A stretch of 64,000 nt of DNA, from positions 7,299,029-7,363,028 of the forward strand of contig CAVNZM010000016.1 of the NCBI GenBank assembly GCA_963693365.1. The letters are read 5' to 3'. A program made the translations under genes and the position numbers. Under the pieces are notes generated by a model. It saw nothing but the letters and a program-made list of their open reading frames with translations. It made no database searches and was not told the DNA's origin. Of the stretch, positions 27,127 to 39,439 are shown piece after piece; the stretch's first letter is position 1, and each line of letters begins with the position of its first letter. Origin of the DNA: Amoebidium appalachense. Taxonomy: Eukaryota > Protista > Ichthyosporea.

Positions 27127-27996
27127 CCCCCCCCCCCTTCCCCCCTCAGGAGTGGATCATCACCGATTCGGCCCTTAGACTGAGCCTCTTGCCAGTGCAC
27201 GTGTGTCACTATGTGCACTGCCGTACAGCTATTTTGCCGGAATTTTTGATTGATCCATGTAGCCAATCACTATACGCTTGCTCTAATTGCTTTGCATTCT
27301 TTCCTGTAAACAATCCGTTCCGCGTCTGACTGGGTCCGGGTCCCTCCGGGCCCGTGGGCCGGCCGGCCGAGCTGGGCCGGGGCCCGGGGCACACCTCCGC
27401 CCACGGACCGGACAGAGGGTGTGGCAGACACGCCCCAGCCGGCCAAAGCCATGCTACAATGAAAGAGCAAGGCCTTTATTGGAACGGATTAGGGAGCGAG
27501 TGGTGGGTGCCCCTTGGTGTCCCGAAAGCAATCAGGGCACAGTGCACCATGGAGAGTCTCAGACCCATCGCATACAGCCTCTAATATAAGTTAGCCTTAT
27601 AAACCGGTACTGGCTTAAGCTTGGTCGAACTCCGTTCGCCATGTCTACCACACAGCCAGAGCACACACACCAAACAAGCTGCAGCGCTTCGCTCTATTCC
27701 CTCGCACGCAAGCCCGACACATATATGCACGCGAGCACGCAAACACAAAAAACACAAGCGCGCGCACACACACTGCCTACGGGTGAGGTGCACACGTATT
27801 TTTCCACAAAAGTATTCCCGTGCACGCAAGGACACACACATACACAAAAGGAAGATTTGTGGGCGTAAACACGCTGCATGGAGGTGAGGTGCACACGTAC
27901 ATGAAATCATACACACAGGTATCTGCAAAGAATGCGGTGGGTACACCCAGCTTCATGCGGAGAACGTGTTCCCTACCATGACAGCAAAAAAAAAAG

Positions 27997-28031
<35 letters not shown>

Positions 28032-28364
28032 AGGGGGGGTACGTTGGGAAAGTAAGAGGCCATCAGTAAGTGCACCTTCGTTGGATAAGAACATGCCCCA
28101 TATGCACAGGCCTGATGCAAGACCCGGGATTGGGGGGGAGGGGGAGGGGGGAGGGGGGAAGGAGGGAGGGGGGTCACTGGCCTGTGTGTCGAGTGTATGT
28201 GGGGGGCCGTTAGTGTTTGTGTGTGTGTGTGCCTGTATATGACCGGAAGAGCCAAGAAATTACTGTATTTATTTGCTCTGACAGCAACTGACAGCATTCG
28301 AAATGTACAACCTCATCTACACCGCTGTGTGCTTACACATCCCTTCTGACACCCACACACCATC

Positions 28365-29085
28365 TTACGTGTGGTACACTACCGACATAAACCCCCCCAC
28401 CAGTCCAGGTGCCAACTGGCCCAGAATAAACAAAGGCACCGGGTTGAGCCTGTCAGACCCCGCGTAGAACATTAGCGGCCACTGTGCTTCGCCCCTCACC
28501 CTGTCCCATATCTCGACCCCCTGCTGTCTCTCGGCAACCATCCTCTCCCTCACCTCCTCCTTCAGATGATCTTCGTTCTCCGGATGGTATGAACCGTCGA
28601 CAAAAGCACGAGTTCTCATTCTCTCGCCCTCCTCCGGCCTAGCTTCGAAGTTGTATTTGATAACGTGCTGAACTAACTCTGTGTGTGCACCCAAGCATGT
28701 CAACACATCCTCTGGGGTGAGTGATGTGCCGGGGGGTAGGACAAGGGGGTAGAATGGAGCGTCACTTTCAGACCCACACAGGTACTGTGACACGCCGGAT
28801 CGTGTAAGTTTCTGGTGGTCTTCGTGAAGTTTTGGTGAAAGTTTCGCGATATATATCGGTGTCTAGAAATTTGTTGTCGAATGTTTGGCTGTATACAAAG
28901 CGTGCTTCAGGGATGAAGGATGGGGCTGCGAGCTGAAGGGTTGGCTTAAAGGCGTATACAGGGGAGGGAGAGATCTCGTTTCTGTTCCAGTAGCATGATA
29001 TGTTGTCTGGCTGCAGCTGAATTATGACACCCTCAGGGTCTCGCTCATTGAGCACTAGTGTTTGATCTTCCTGTGCTACAGACAT
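28365..29085 (-). CDS. NuiA (nuclease A inhibitor)-like domain protein, split across two frames
   Basis: ATG at 29085 in CAACCATG context; two overlapping ORFs (overlap window 28768-28862). C-terminal part: YLCGSESDAPFYPLVLPPGTSLTPEDVLTCLG ... PLMFYAG...PLFILGQLAPGLVGGFMSVVYHT*, matching remembered NuiA motifs. Confidence 0.6.
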
Positions 29086-29409
29086 GGTTGGTTGTGTGTT
29101 GTGATTTATGGAGACGACTGAACAAACGAGAACCCTGCCAAAAACGGTGTGCGGTGGTGTGTGCTTGCAAGCGTATGAGCTGAGACGAGAATAGAGTGAG
29201 TTGGTAAGGAGCATGCTACTGTGGTTTCGTGTGCACAGCTGGCGTCTAGAGCTATCTACCCCAAAACTTTCAACTTCTTTCGTTATAAAACTTTAGAGAA
29301 AAAAAAAAACTTGAACGAGATCATTTGGCAGGGTTGCGAAACGATTGCGCAAACACTGTCTTGATCCGCGCTTGCGCAAGTGGATGTCAGATTGAGCTAC
29401 ATCCACGTG

Positions 29410-29500
29410 GTGTGACGTCATAGATCTCTCTCTATTCCCCCTCGGACTTATCACATTCAGCGAGACTAAGCTCATTCTCTTTACGCACTGCTTAGCAAAG
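29410..29500 (+). promoter_or_regulatory. RPS21 promoter, TCT/5'TOP-like start and non-coding first exon
   Basis: TGACGTCA at 29413; pyrimidine initiator TTCTCTTT at 29475-29482; donor AAG|GTGTGT at 29501 pairing with CTGAC...GCAG acceptor at 30160, just upstream of the ATG. Confidence 0.55.
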
Positions 29501-30177
29501 GTGTGTGGGAAGGATGGCTGTTACAGCTCATTCCACGGCTAGGAATTAAGTGGGTTGAGGGAAGGGTGGAAAAACGTTTTATAGGGCGTGTTAGGGTTAC
29601 GGTGGAAAAAATGCGGTTTGCGTACGACGATTTTCACGCAGACACGACCACAACCGGCACACATTTACAGCGATGTTCTTTTATTAGCATACGGCTATAG
29701 ACATAGTATACGGCACGAGGGGGGATAAGGCACCAGGATATATACAGTCGTGCAGCTGTGGGGAGGTGCGACTCAGAGGGGGCAACAAGCATTTGGTCGC
29801 ATCGTCTTTACCATGGTTCGCAATCTTCAGCCACAACTTATTTTGTTACGGTAGCTGGAAATATGAGCAAACTTAGGGCTATGTCGAGGCTGGGAGGATC
29901 CGGATGCCCTCCAGGGCAAATAATAGTACAGCAGCGCATATAACACTTTTGGCACAACAGCAGCAGCTTGGGGCAACCAAGGCTCAGAAGCAGTGGCATG
30001 GATGAACACACCCACCTTCGAAATCAAACAACGAAGATTCTTTATGGGGTCGCAGGCAGGGGTTCCGGCTTTATATAGGCCAACAGCGTTATAGCACCAC
30101 AGTGTGGATTTAAGGATGCAGGCAGGCAGGGTGGTCATGTTCTGACGTGTGCCCCCGCAGTACTTGAGACCGCCAAG

Positions 30178-32389
30178 ATGCAGAACGACGCTGGTGAGTT
30201 CGTGGACCTCTACGTCCCCCGCAAGTGGTGAGTTTTCGGGGTGTGTGTGTTGGGGGGGGAGGGAGGGGGGATAGGGGCTAGTGAAGCTGTTGCATTACAT
30301 TAAAACAGGGCCGAGTAGACATGTTTGTGTGTGTGTGTGTGTGCGCGCACGCACGCACGCGAGTGTGTGTGTGTTTTGGCGGATGGGCGTACTGCGAAGC
30401 CAAAGGGGCGTCTGTAATAGGAATGTGGGGAAAAGGGACTTGGGCCGGCGGGGGGGGGGGGGGGGGGGATGGAGATTGGTGTCAGCAATGCCACTTGAAG
30501 GTGCTGATACGTGCAGTTGGCCTTGGTGTGTGCTTGCTGTTTGCGTGTGTCGGTAGGAGCAGGCACAAATGTATGCACTGTTGCCTGCACGTGCAAACTA
30601 GCCACACGGGCCTTCCCTGTGTTCGACACATGCTCGCTCGTGAAAATGCATGTTCCCCTCTCCTGCTCTCCCTCCTCACGTCCTGTTGCCCGTGCTAACA
30701 GGGCTGCTTAACGGTAGTGGAATTGCTTCTAGTGACGTGATGTGTACATAGGTGGAGTGTGCTGGTGGTCTGTCTGACTGCCTCTTTGTGTTCCGTTGTA
30801 ACTATTGCGCACTACACACATGAGTGTGCCTGTATCCCCCCGTGTCTTTCTCCTCGTGTGTCCTTGCATGTGTCGTTATACACACACACAACACCTTGCC
30901 TGTCACTGCACGTAGCACGCATCCTTGGGCCTGCAAAATTTGCGACTTCAACATGCATGTGCGCTTGTTCTGTGTCCTCGATAAGCACGTCCCTTTTACC
31001 CTCTTCGTGTACATGCACACGTGCTGTTCCTCTGCATGCACGTACACATCATACTCTCTACATGCACCTGCACCTTGTGGCCAGTGCACACACGTTCACC
31101 TTATGCCCTCTGCATGCACGTGTGTACATGCCCCTGCACCTTTTACCCCCTACATCTCTACATGCACGTGCTCTTTTTACCCCCTACATGCACCCCCTTG
31201 CACGTGCACGTGACACTCTGCATGCACGTGCTGACCCTCTCCCCCAGTTCTGCCACCAACCAGGTGATTGGCGCACGTGACCACGCCGCTGTGCAGATTA
31301 ACGTTGGTGAGGTCAGTGCGGAGACTGGGCTGTTCACGGGCAAGTACAAGGCCTACGCCCTGTCTGGCTTTGTGCGTGCACAGGGCGAGGGTGACGATGC
31401 CATGTGCCGTCTGGCCCAGCAGGACGACATTGTCCACAAGTACGTGGGGGTGGATGTGTTTGCGTGTTTTTTTTTTTTTGGGGGGGGGGGGGGCTGGATC
31501 TGTGCATGCGGGAAGAAGGTTGCTGTGTGTGCACGGGGGGTGGGAGTTTTGAATGTGTGCTTGAGGGTAGGGTGGGTTTGGATGTGTGTTGTGTGGGAGG
31601 AGGGGGGAGAAGTCTGCGTGTGGAGGGGGAGGCGGATGTGTGTGTGGAGGGGAATGGTTGAGTGTGCGGGAAGGGACAAGGGCTTGGGTGTGTGCTTCCG
31701 GGGATGGGCAAGGGGCTAGATCTGTGCATGGTGGTGTTTTGGTGGGGGGGGTGGAGGAGGAGGGGAAATGTGATGCATGCAGAGAGGGGGGATGCCTGGT
31801 TGGTGAATGAAGAGGGCAATGAGGGAGTTTGCTGTTTCGTCTTCGGGAAGGAATGTGTGGACGGGGTAGGTAATGGCATATGTGTGGCCTTGTCTGATAG
31901 GTGCACGTGCTGTCTCGTTTGGTTGCCCATGTGTCGTTGGTCGTGGTTGCACTTTGGGAGGGGAGGGGGGATAAGCATGCCTGCTGTCTGCATGACCTCG
32001 CAAGCGTCCACGTGGCCTGCACATGCGTGTGTGCACATGTTGTTGGTGCATGTAGTTGCTTGCGTGTGTGCACATGTTGTTGGTGCATGTAGTTGCTTGC
32101 GTGTGTGCACATGTGGTGGTGCATGTAGTTGCTTGCGTGTGGGCACGTACGCGTTGCATGGTGGGCACGTGTGCTGGCTGGACAGGGGGATGGCTGCGCT
32201 GTGCACACGTGTCTGCATGACGGGTGGGTGGGCAGACAGGGGGCCTGGAATGCACGTGTGTCGCTATGTTCCTCTGTGCATGTACTTGCACTGGGGCCAC
32301 ACTCGAGCACTGTGTTTGGTAGCAGAGGAGAGAGTGTGTGTGCACGTGCAGGCACTGACGCTGTTGTGTGCAGGGTGTTCAACTGCTAG
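30178..32389 (+). CDS. RPS21: 40S ribosomal protein S21 (eS21)
   Basis: Exons 30178-30227, 31248-31439, 32374-32389 give [39 protein letters not shown]...YALSGFVRAQGEGDDAMCRLA...VFNC*; AATAAA at 32407-32412. Confidence 0.97.
32025..32140. repeat. 37-bp minisatellite, 3 copies, in the last RPS21 intron
   Basis: GCGTGTGTGCACATGTTGTTGGTGCATGTAGTTGCTT repeated. Confidence 0.85.
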
Positions 32390-33721
32390 ACGGGTGCCAC
32401 TTAGCAAATAAACGGCTGCAGGCCCGGTGCCTGTCTCCGTGCCTCTGCCTACACACCGTCCACCCTGGTAGCGGGCACATGTGCCTGCTATTTGTTACTC
32501 TCTGGGAGAGAGAGTGTTAGATAAACAGTGTGTGTTGTGTGTGTGTGAGGTCACGACCAAGGGTTGGATTGGGGTTGGGTGAACTTGCCTATTACCCTTT
32601 CCTGCCCCCTCCCACCGGGACCCTCCCTCTCTCCCCGAGTAACACACACCACACACTCTCACAAACACATTTGTTTGTGGTTAGGGTGCTGGGTGTGTTT
32701 GGAGCCTGCATTTGGGGCCCTTGAGCAAAAGGGTGGTGGGGTAGATTTGGCAAGACGGGAAATGGGGGGCATGAGGTGTGACATGGGGTACAGGGTTGCA
32801 TGACCTGTGTGTGTGCTGGCGGTGGAGTGTAGGCGCGGGTGCATGTGTCGTACTTTTTTTTTTTTTTTTAAGAGGGGGGGGGGGGGGGGGGGTTACCTGT
32901 GTATACTTGGGGGGGGGGGAGGCTGCACGGCCGTTGCTTTTTTTTTTTTGTGGGTGTGAAAGGGGGGGGGGGGGGGGATAACAGTGGCAGCAGCCTGGCA
33001 CATGGTGCCAGGGAGTGCACACACAGCCACAGGGCATGCCTTTATATCAGACACCTGGCCGACTGGTTGGACCAACAGTTTGTGTGCAACTCCTCCCCCC
33101 CCCCCCCCTTCCCCAACCAACCAATCAACCAACCAAAAAAAAAAACTCCCGTATACATACAACCCAAGCAAACATACATCGGACCCCCTTAACCACACAA
33201 GCGCGCGCGCGCGCGCGGTTTTGCCCCCTCCCCACCCCCCACCACCAGAAAAAAATGCGCATGACGTCGACTGGCCCTAGCTCCGGATCCGGATCCCCGT
33301 CCGTGCACACAACTGTTGCATCGAAAGCAAAAAGAAATGCACAGGTGCCAAAGGCATCGTGGGGGGGGGGAGGGGCCAAACAATGAAGTTTGGCATCGGC
33401 CAGTAGCAGTGTGGCACTTCGCTACCGTGGCATCTAATAGCACAAATTGTGGCACCCCATGGCCAGGTATCGCCAAATAGGATCGATATCATACCGATAA
33501 GAATCTGAGAGTTTCCTCGCTGGCGCTCTCTCCTCTCTCTCCTTGTCTCCCCCCCCCCCCCCCCCGAGGCTCTCTCCCTCCCTACCAAGAATCCTCTCGA
33601 TCTCTTTCTGCGACCGAGCCTCTCTCCCCCTGCCCCCCCTTCGCTCCCTCCCCCCACCTCTAACACCTAGCTTCAGTCCCCCCTTCCACCCTCCCCACCT
33701 CCCCACCTCCTTCTCATTGTC

Positions 33722-33759
<38 letters not shown>

Positions 33760-33991
33760 TCTCTTCGATATCCGATTCCGGCCTCCCTCGAGCTCCCCTC
33801 TCTGATCTTTTTCTCTCTTCTGATCTTTTTCTGATCTTTTTCTCTCTTATACACCGGTATATCCGACTCCCCGCCCCCTCTCTCTTCCCCCCCCCCCCCT
33901 CTCTCGCTCTCTTTATCCACCCACCCGCCTCCCCCCCGGCGTCCCCCTCATACAAATGTGCCATCTCAGTGATTACGATTGCAGTCGGGTT

Positions 33992-34346
33992 ATGACCAAA
34001 ATTAAAAAAAACGACAAGCATACTAAATGTTCTGAATGCTTCTTTGATTTTTGTGTGCACCGAAGGTTGCAATTGATCGAAAAGCAAGTTTTGGGTGTTT
34101 TTGCATCTGGGCCAGCCTGTACAAACCCCCATATGCTTGCACTGGCACCTACGCCTCGAGAGACATCGTTATTTGAAGTTGAGTTTATTTTCTCTCATCT
34201 GGATGAATTTCGGAGCAGATATGAGGCCCAGCATAAGACAGGCCCAATCAGATGCCTCCGGCCGAAGCACCTCATCCAATCAAATACGCACAAAGTTTAG
34301 CTGCACCAAAACAAGCTATTGGCCGTATACCGTATCCTCCCCCTCT

Positions 34347-34383
<37 letters not shown>

Positions 34384-34869
34384 ATCCACCCACCACCACC
34401 ACCACCACCACCAATATGATAACAAAGAGGTTCCTGGGCGATAAATTCAACCCCCTCCATGTCGGCTCTCCGAGTTTCCTCTCCCCCCTACCCCGGCCCT
34501 CCCCCCTCCCCCAGCCCCCCCTCCCCCCCCCCCCCCCCCCCCCCACCCCACCCCCCCCCCCCCTCCCCGGGCCCGGGCGAGGGTACCGGGAAAGGAGGGG
34601 CTGAACTGTGTGTAAATATACATGCACTGCAGGTGATAGCACACTGCATGCTGTGCACCGTGAGAGGGGACCGGCGGCGGTCACCCTCCCCACGGCGCTA
34701 CCAGGCCTACCAGCCACGGTCACAGCGGAAGGATGGGCCGGGCTGGCGTCGTCGGGCGGGACAGCAAGAGCCGGCGCCGGACTCTTTCCCAGGCACCTGC
34801 GACAACTGCAAGGAGCGGGGGCACACATACGCGTGGTGTAAACAGCCCCGTCGTGGGGGACGTAGGTGA
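33992..34869 (+). mobile_element. Degenerate gag-like sequence with CCHC zinc knuckle
   Basis: CDNCKERGHTYAWC (CX2CX4HX4C) at 34798-34839 after an Arg-rich segment; upstream ORF 33992-34300 is interrupted by a stop and C tracts; no pol seen downstream. Confidence 0.5.
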
Positions 34870-36690
34870 CCGTGTTGCAGGTATGAAGGTCTTTGTGGAT
34901 GGGGCATGCTGAGTGTGAACGGTTGTATGGATGGTGTCTGTTATCATATGCATGTCTGTTGCTATGTTCCACTCGATATAACATTGTGCCAGGGGCATGG
35001 GGTTTTGGGTGCAGGTTGTGGACGGGGGCAGAGGTGCATCTACAGGGCAACGTCAGTGGCGGTTCATATCCTTGTTTTGGGGTTGGGTTGGGTACTAACC
35101 ATGGTGGGGTGGTGCGTGGTGAATGCATGTATATGTTTTATGTTATATTTTACATGTTGCTTCCTGCATGGGTAGCGGTAGTTATAGTCGCTCAGCACAT
35201 AACTTTATTTTGTTTTAAGGTAGTTTTTACTGAGGTGGAACTCAGTTAATATCTGTGCGAGGGGGGAGTTGTCATGTGCTGAGCTGATTCGTATTAGTTT
35301 GCTTCTATATTTTGTGTTTTGGTGAGTGAATTTCGGGGGTTTTCTGGCATAGTAATGCCGGGGTCTAAGTGGAGTATGGGGAGATTACTCAGTGGTATGG
35401 GGAGAATCTGATGCAGCGGCGGCTGATTGTTTGGTGCGCGCGTGCATGCCCCATGCCTCTGCGTACTCTCCATGTTAAATGTTGTATTGCTTCTTGCTGT
35501 GTGCTTGGCGAGACCCATGTTGCCTGCTCGCGTGTGTGTATGCTTATATGTATTGTGAGTAAAGGTGTGTACGTGTTGTAGTGCTGTAGGGGTGTCTGAG
35601 GTGGCGGTAGCCAATGGTGGGGAGTGCGTGTAGCCTGTGGGGGAGGGAGTGTTGTGATTGGCTGAATGTCACTGTGGTATTTGTCTGGCCAGTGGGCCGC
35701 GTGTCTGTGAAGTGTCTCGCGTGGTCTCGGGCTTTTCGAAGTTCTTCTAAGAACACGTTTGGCTGGCTTCCCACCCAACTCAAAGAAAAGTTTATACGTA
35801 TACACGGTTTCAAGCCCCTTTAAGCGTGCAGATCGTTAGAGTAGTTCGTATACACGCGAGGGCGTAACACGACAACTGCCCTACCCCCGATGACCACGAG
35901 TACTTCAGCGGCCTGCGCGAGTTGGACCCTGTGCGACTGTCGTAAACTGTGGTCGAAAATGTACTGTATATTATGTAAAGTGTGGTCTACTTCTGCGCTT
36001 CGTGAATGGAGGGGCGGCTACTTGGTCGTCGCGGAGCTTTCCAAGTGACTGCCAGTCCTTAGCCTCCAGTCGTATATATGGCAATGACCGGGTTTGCTTG
36101 CACGCATTCTGTAATTGTGTTTTTCTGTGTGTCCTGCCACAACTAGGCCACCTTATCAGAGAGCTAGCTGCAGTTTCTCCGGGTTATCTAGGGGCCGGGC
36201 CCGTTGGGATTGTTTTTAAGCTCAGATTTGGTCTGCCTTGCTCTTTTAGAGGCTGACTTGCTTGCTGTGCCTCGGTAGGTTTTGAGGGGGGCCTGTTGGG
36301 AAGCAGCAGTAATGATGTCAAGTTCTTGCGGAGTGTGGTCTGGTCAACATCGATGCATATGACTAGTTGGAGCAAACTAGTTTTACGCATTCACGTACAC
36401 TTAAGGTTTTGCCCGCTGGTGTCCTTTGTCACTTGTCGCTTTATTTTTATTTCGTAGCTTTGGCTTTTTCAATTCTATTGGTGGTTATGTAGCCTGTGGG
36501 TGCACGTTGCCTTCATCAACGGATCAATAAAACCAAGCCAAAAGAATTTTGACCGACACTAGTAATCTAGTGCGTTTTAGTTGTCGTTGCAGAGCAAAAA
36601 TTCGTATATAGTGGACGTAGGTTACCGTAGCAAGTATAAGTTATAAATGTCTGAATTGATTGGACAATTCCATTTATTAACTTATTCTTC

Positions 36691-36770
36691 GGCCGTCTGA
36701 TTGGGCCACAATGGTTATGTGGCCAATCAGCGGCCTGGTAGAGGTCCTGGAGGCTTATGGACTATATAAG
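36691..36770 (+). promoter_or_regulatory. Orphan Pol II-like promoter: palindromic double CCAAT plus TATA box
   Basis: GGCCGTCTGATTGGGCCACA-ATGGTTA-TGTGGCCAATCAGCGGCC inverted repeat (36691-36735), TATATAAG at 36763. Confidence 0.4.
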
Positions 36771-36881
36771 CGGACCTTAGATCGGTCGTCTATTAACATA
36801 TTCCCCGTCGCCTCCTCTCTCATCGCCCACCCTCCCGCCGCACATATTTTCTATCCCCGTCGCAGCTTTCAAGCTTATTTC

Positions 36882-36992
<111 letters not shown>

Positions 36993-37004
36993 CACACACA
37001 CAGG

Positions 37005-37069
<65 letters not shown>

Positions 37070-37158
37070 GTGGCACACATGTGCGCACGCGCACACCACA
37101 CACACGCCTGCGCGCGCGGACGCACTGGCACATAACATAGATATCTGCACACGGGCAT

Positions 37159-37202
<44 letters not shown>

Positions 37203-37893
37203 TGTGTGTGTACATGTGTGTCTGGGGGTGTGTGCTCCGGATCCCTCGGTAGCAGTAGCTTCTACAAGTAGTGGATTCGGTCCAGTGGGCCGAGTCGGGT
37301 TTGTGTATTTTGGGACGAGAGATATTTCAGAAATGGACACGTCAAAATGTCCGTCTTGATGTCCACTTCAAATCCACCCGGACACTTGCCCGGTGCCGGC
37401 CACAGGAACATTTTGAAATTTTGGTTTGAAAATTTGAATTTTTATTTAATTGACCCAAATTTGGCGCTTTTTGGAAAACAACGAAGGAGGGGTGCTAAAA
37501 CAAAAATAAGTTGTTCTACGTTCTCAGCTGGTGCAGTCGACTTTGCCGTAAAACTTTTTTCAGAAATCCAAATTTCACAAAAATAACTGAAATACTCGTG
37601 AAAACATAAAGAGCCCCCCCAGGGGTCAAGTTCCAGACCCAATTATATCCATAGACTATCTATATCTATAAATATAATTGGTATATCAAGCATATCTCTA
37701 GGCTGGTTTGATGACGTCATTGGCTGAGGTCGGGGGGTCAAATTGGCGCTTTTTGGGTTCCAGCCATTCGACAGATCTCGATGAGGCCGTTCGAGCTATC
37801 CCGTTTGAAATCGACCGACACGACAAGAAGTATTTTTTTTCTTTTTTTTCTTTTTTGGAGTGCTACAAACTACCGGCACCATACCGGGGCAAG

Positions 37894-38172
37894 AATTCGA
37901 GTTGCAAAGAAAAGTTTCGGGACTGATGGTGCCGCGCCTCCATCAGGCCCGAAACCATTCTTCGCACCGTAGGCTAGTTGAATTAATATCTCCACATATG
38001 ATTTGTATGTTTTAAGTGTAACTTCGCTTTTTTACATGTATATCTTGTTGGGTGGAACCTTGGTGCCGATAACTCATCACAGCTCACCTTACATGAACAG
38101 CACATTCCCCCCATAGCCAATTTTGAGGCCCTCGCCTCATCAGTCCCGAAACCATTCTTCGCAACTCGAATT
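37894..38172. mobile_element. Small inverted-repeat (MITE-like) element with internal palindrome
   Basis: AATTCGAGTTGCAAAGAAAAGTTTCGGGACTGATG (37894-37928) is near reverse complement of 38138-38172; internal hairpin 37914-37955. Confidence 0.6.
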
Positions 38173-38603
38173 TTGAATACATTCAGGCATAAGGTACCCC
38201 CCACGTCGATTTGCAATTTGAAAAAACCTCTATTTCACTTACTTTCAAATATTTTGAATTCCAGTTTTGACCCAGTCGAACATTCCATAAAAGGTAGTTA
38301 AGCCATACACCCGTTGGTTACTTATCACGCACACGCAGTCTGCTGGCATTTATTTTTGCATTCCATTGAGGGCCTAGTCTTACCCGATCCGATGCTGACG
38401 TCACCGTGACCCACAAGGATCGCAGAGCAGAAAGAGCTTCCGCCCCAAATATATGCAACTTGCAGGTGACACCTCTTTCGACAATAGTTCAATTTTCAAG
38501 CTTACTAACATATAATTGCCGTGTGTATATTAGAAACGTTCCCGGCCACATAGGGGCCAGCCTGCCAGGCCTCCACAAACAACACAACATGAGCGAGTTC
38601 GAC

Positions 38604-39439
38604 CAGGGATGTGTCGGTCACTGGCCGGGTGGGTCTCGGGCGGGTTCACGCAAAGGCCGGGTGGATCTCGGGCCGGGTCGTCTTTTATTCGGTCCGGACC
38701 GGGTTGGTTCTCGGGTCTTGGACCCTTGTGATCGGGTTGACCCGCGGGTTACCAAATGCGAAAACCTCGGGTGTTCGCCCGGACTGGCCATATACGTGTG
38801 TACATGTATTCATATGTGTGTGTGTGTGTGTGTTTGTGTGTGCACGTGTGTGTGTGTGTGATATGCTTGCGTGCGTGCGTGCTGTGTGTGCACATGTGCT
38901 CGCGGTGTGTGTGTGGCTTTTCCACGCATGGTGTCTACATGTGAACAGACAGTGCTCGTGTGCTTGCGGTTTACTTGATTATATAGAGCTTGGTAGTGGT
39001 GACTAAAGCAAACACAACATAACGTGCACAGCAGTTACGATTGTCTCTCTCTTTTTTCTTTTTCTTTTTCTTTCTCTTTTTATATTAAAGCGCTAGCCTA
39101 GCCTCAGTACTCTACTACTGTAGCTAACTATGCCTCGGCAATGTTTATACTATCATATATGGACATTAAATAAAATACTGCATTGTTATTAGTTCACTGT
39201 GCAATCCCTGAAAACCAATTATCAATCCAAATTTACTACTTATTATGGTTAATATATCATGCTTTACCCTGACCCGGCGGGAACTGACCGGGTCAGAGCC
39301 ATCGGTCGGGCTGGGTACGGGTCTGACCCGCCGGGTCATAAAGCCGACCGGGTTTGAGCAAAAATGCTCCGGGTCGGGGTTGGGTAACGCCGACCCGGCC
39401 GGGTTGGTTCTCGGGTCGACCCAACCCGACACATCCCTG
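38604..39439. mobile_element. Non-autonomous hAT-family DNA transposon (MITE), 836 bp
   Basis: 14-bp TIRs CAGGGATGTGTCGG / CCGACACATCCCTG; perfect 8-bp TSD AGTTCGAC (38596-38603 and 39440-39447); many subterminal CGGGTC/GACCCG motifs; no ORF. Confidence 0.93.

Noticed and set aside
32025-32140. 37-bp repeats as a CRISPR array
   Set aside because: Head-to-tail with no spacers, inside a eukaryotic intron, and no cas genes.
37914-38150. Hammerhead-like CTGATG(A/G)...CGAAAC sequences
   Set aside because: One copy has CTGATGG and the other lacks GAAA after stem II; the pattern is explained by a simple palindrome.
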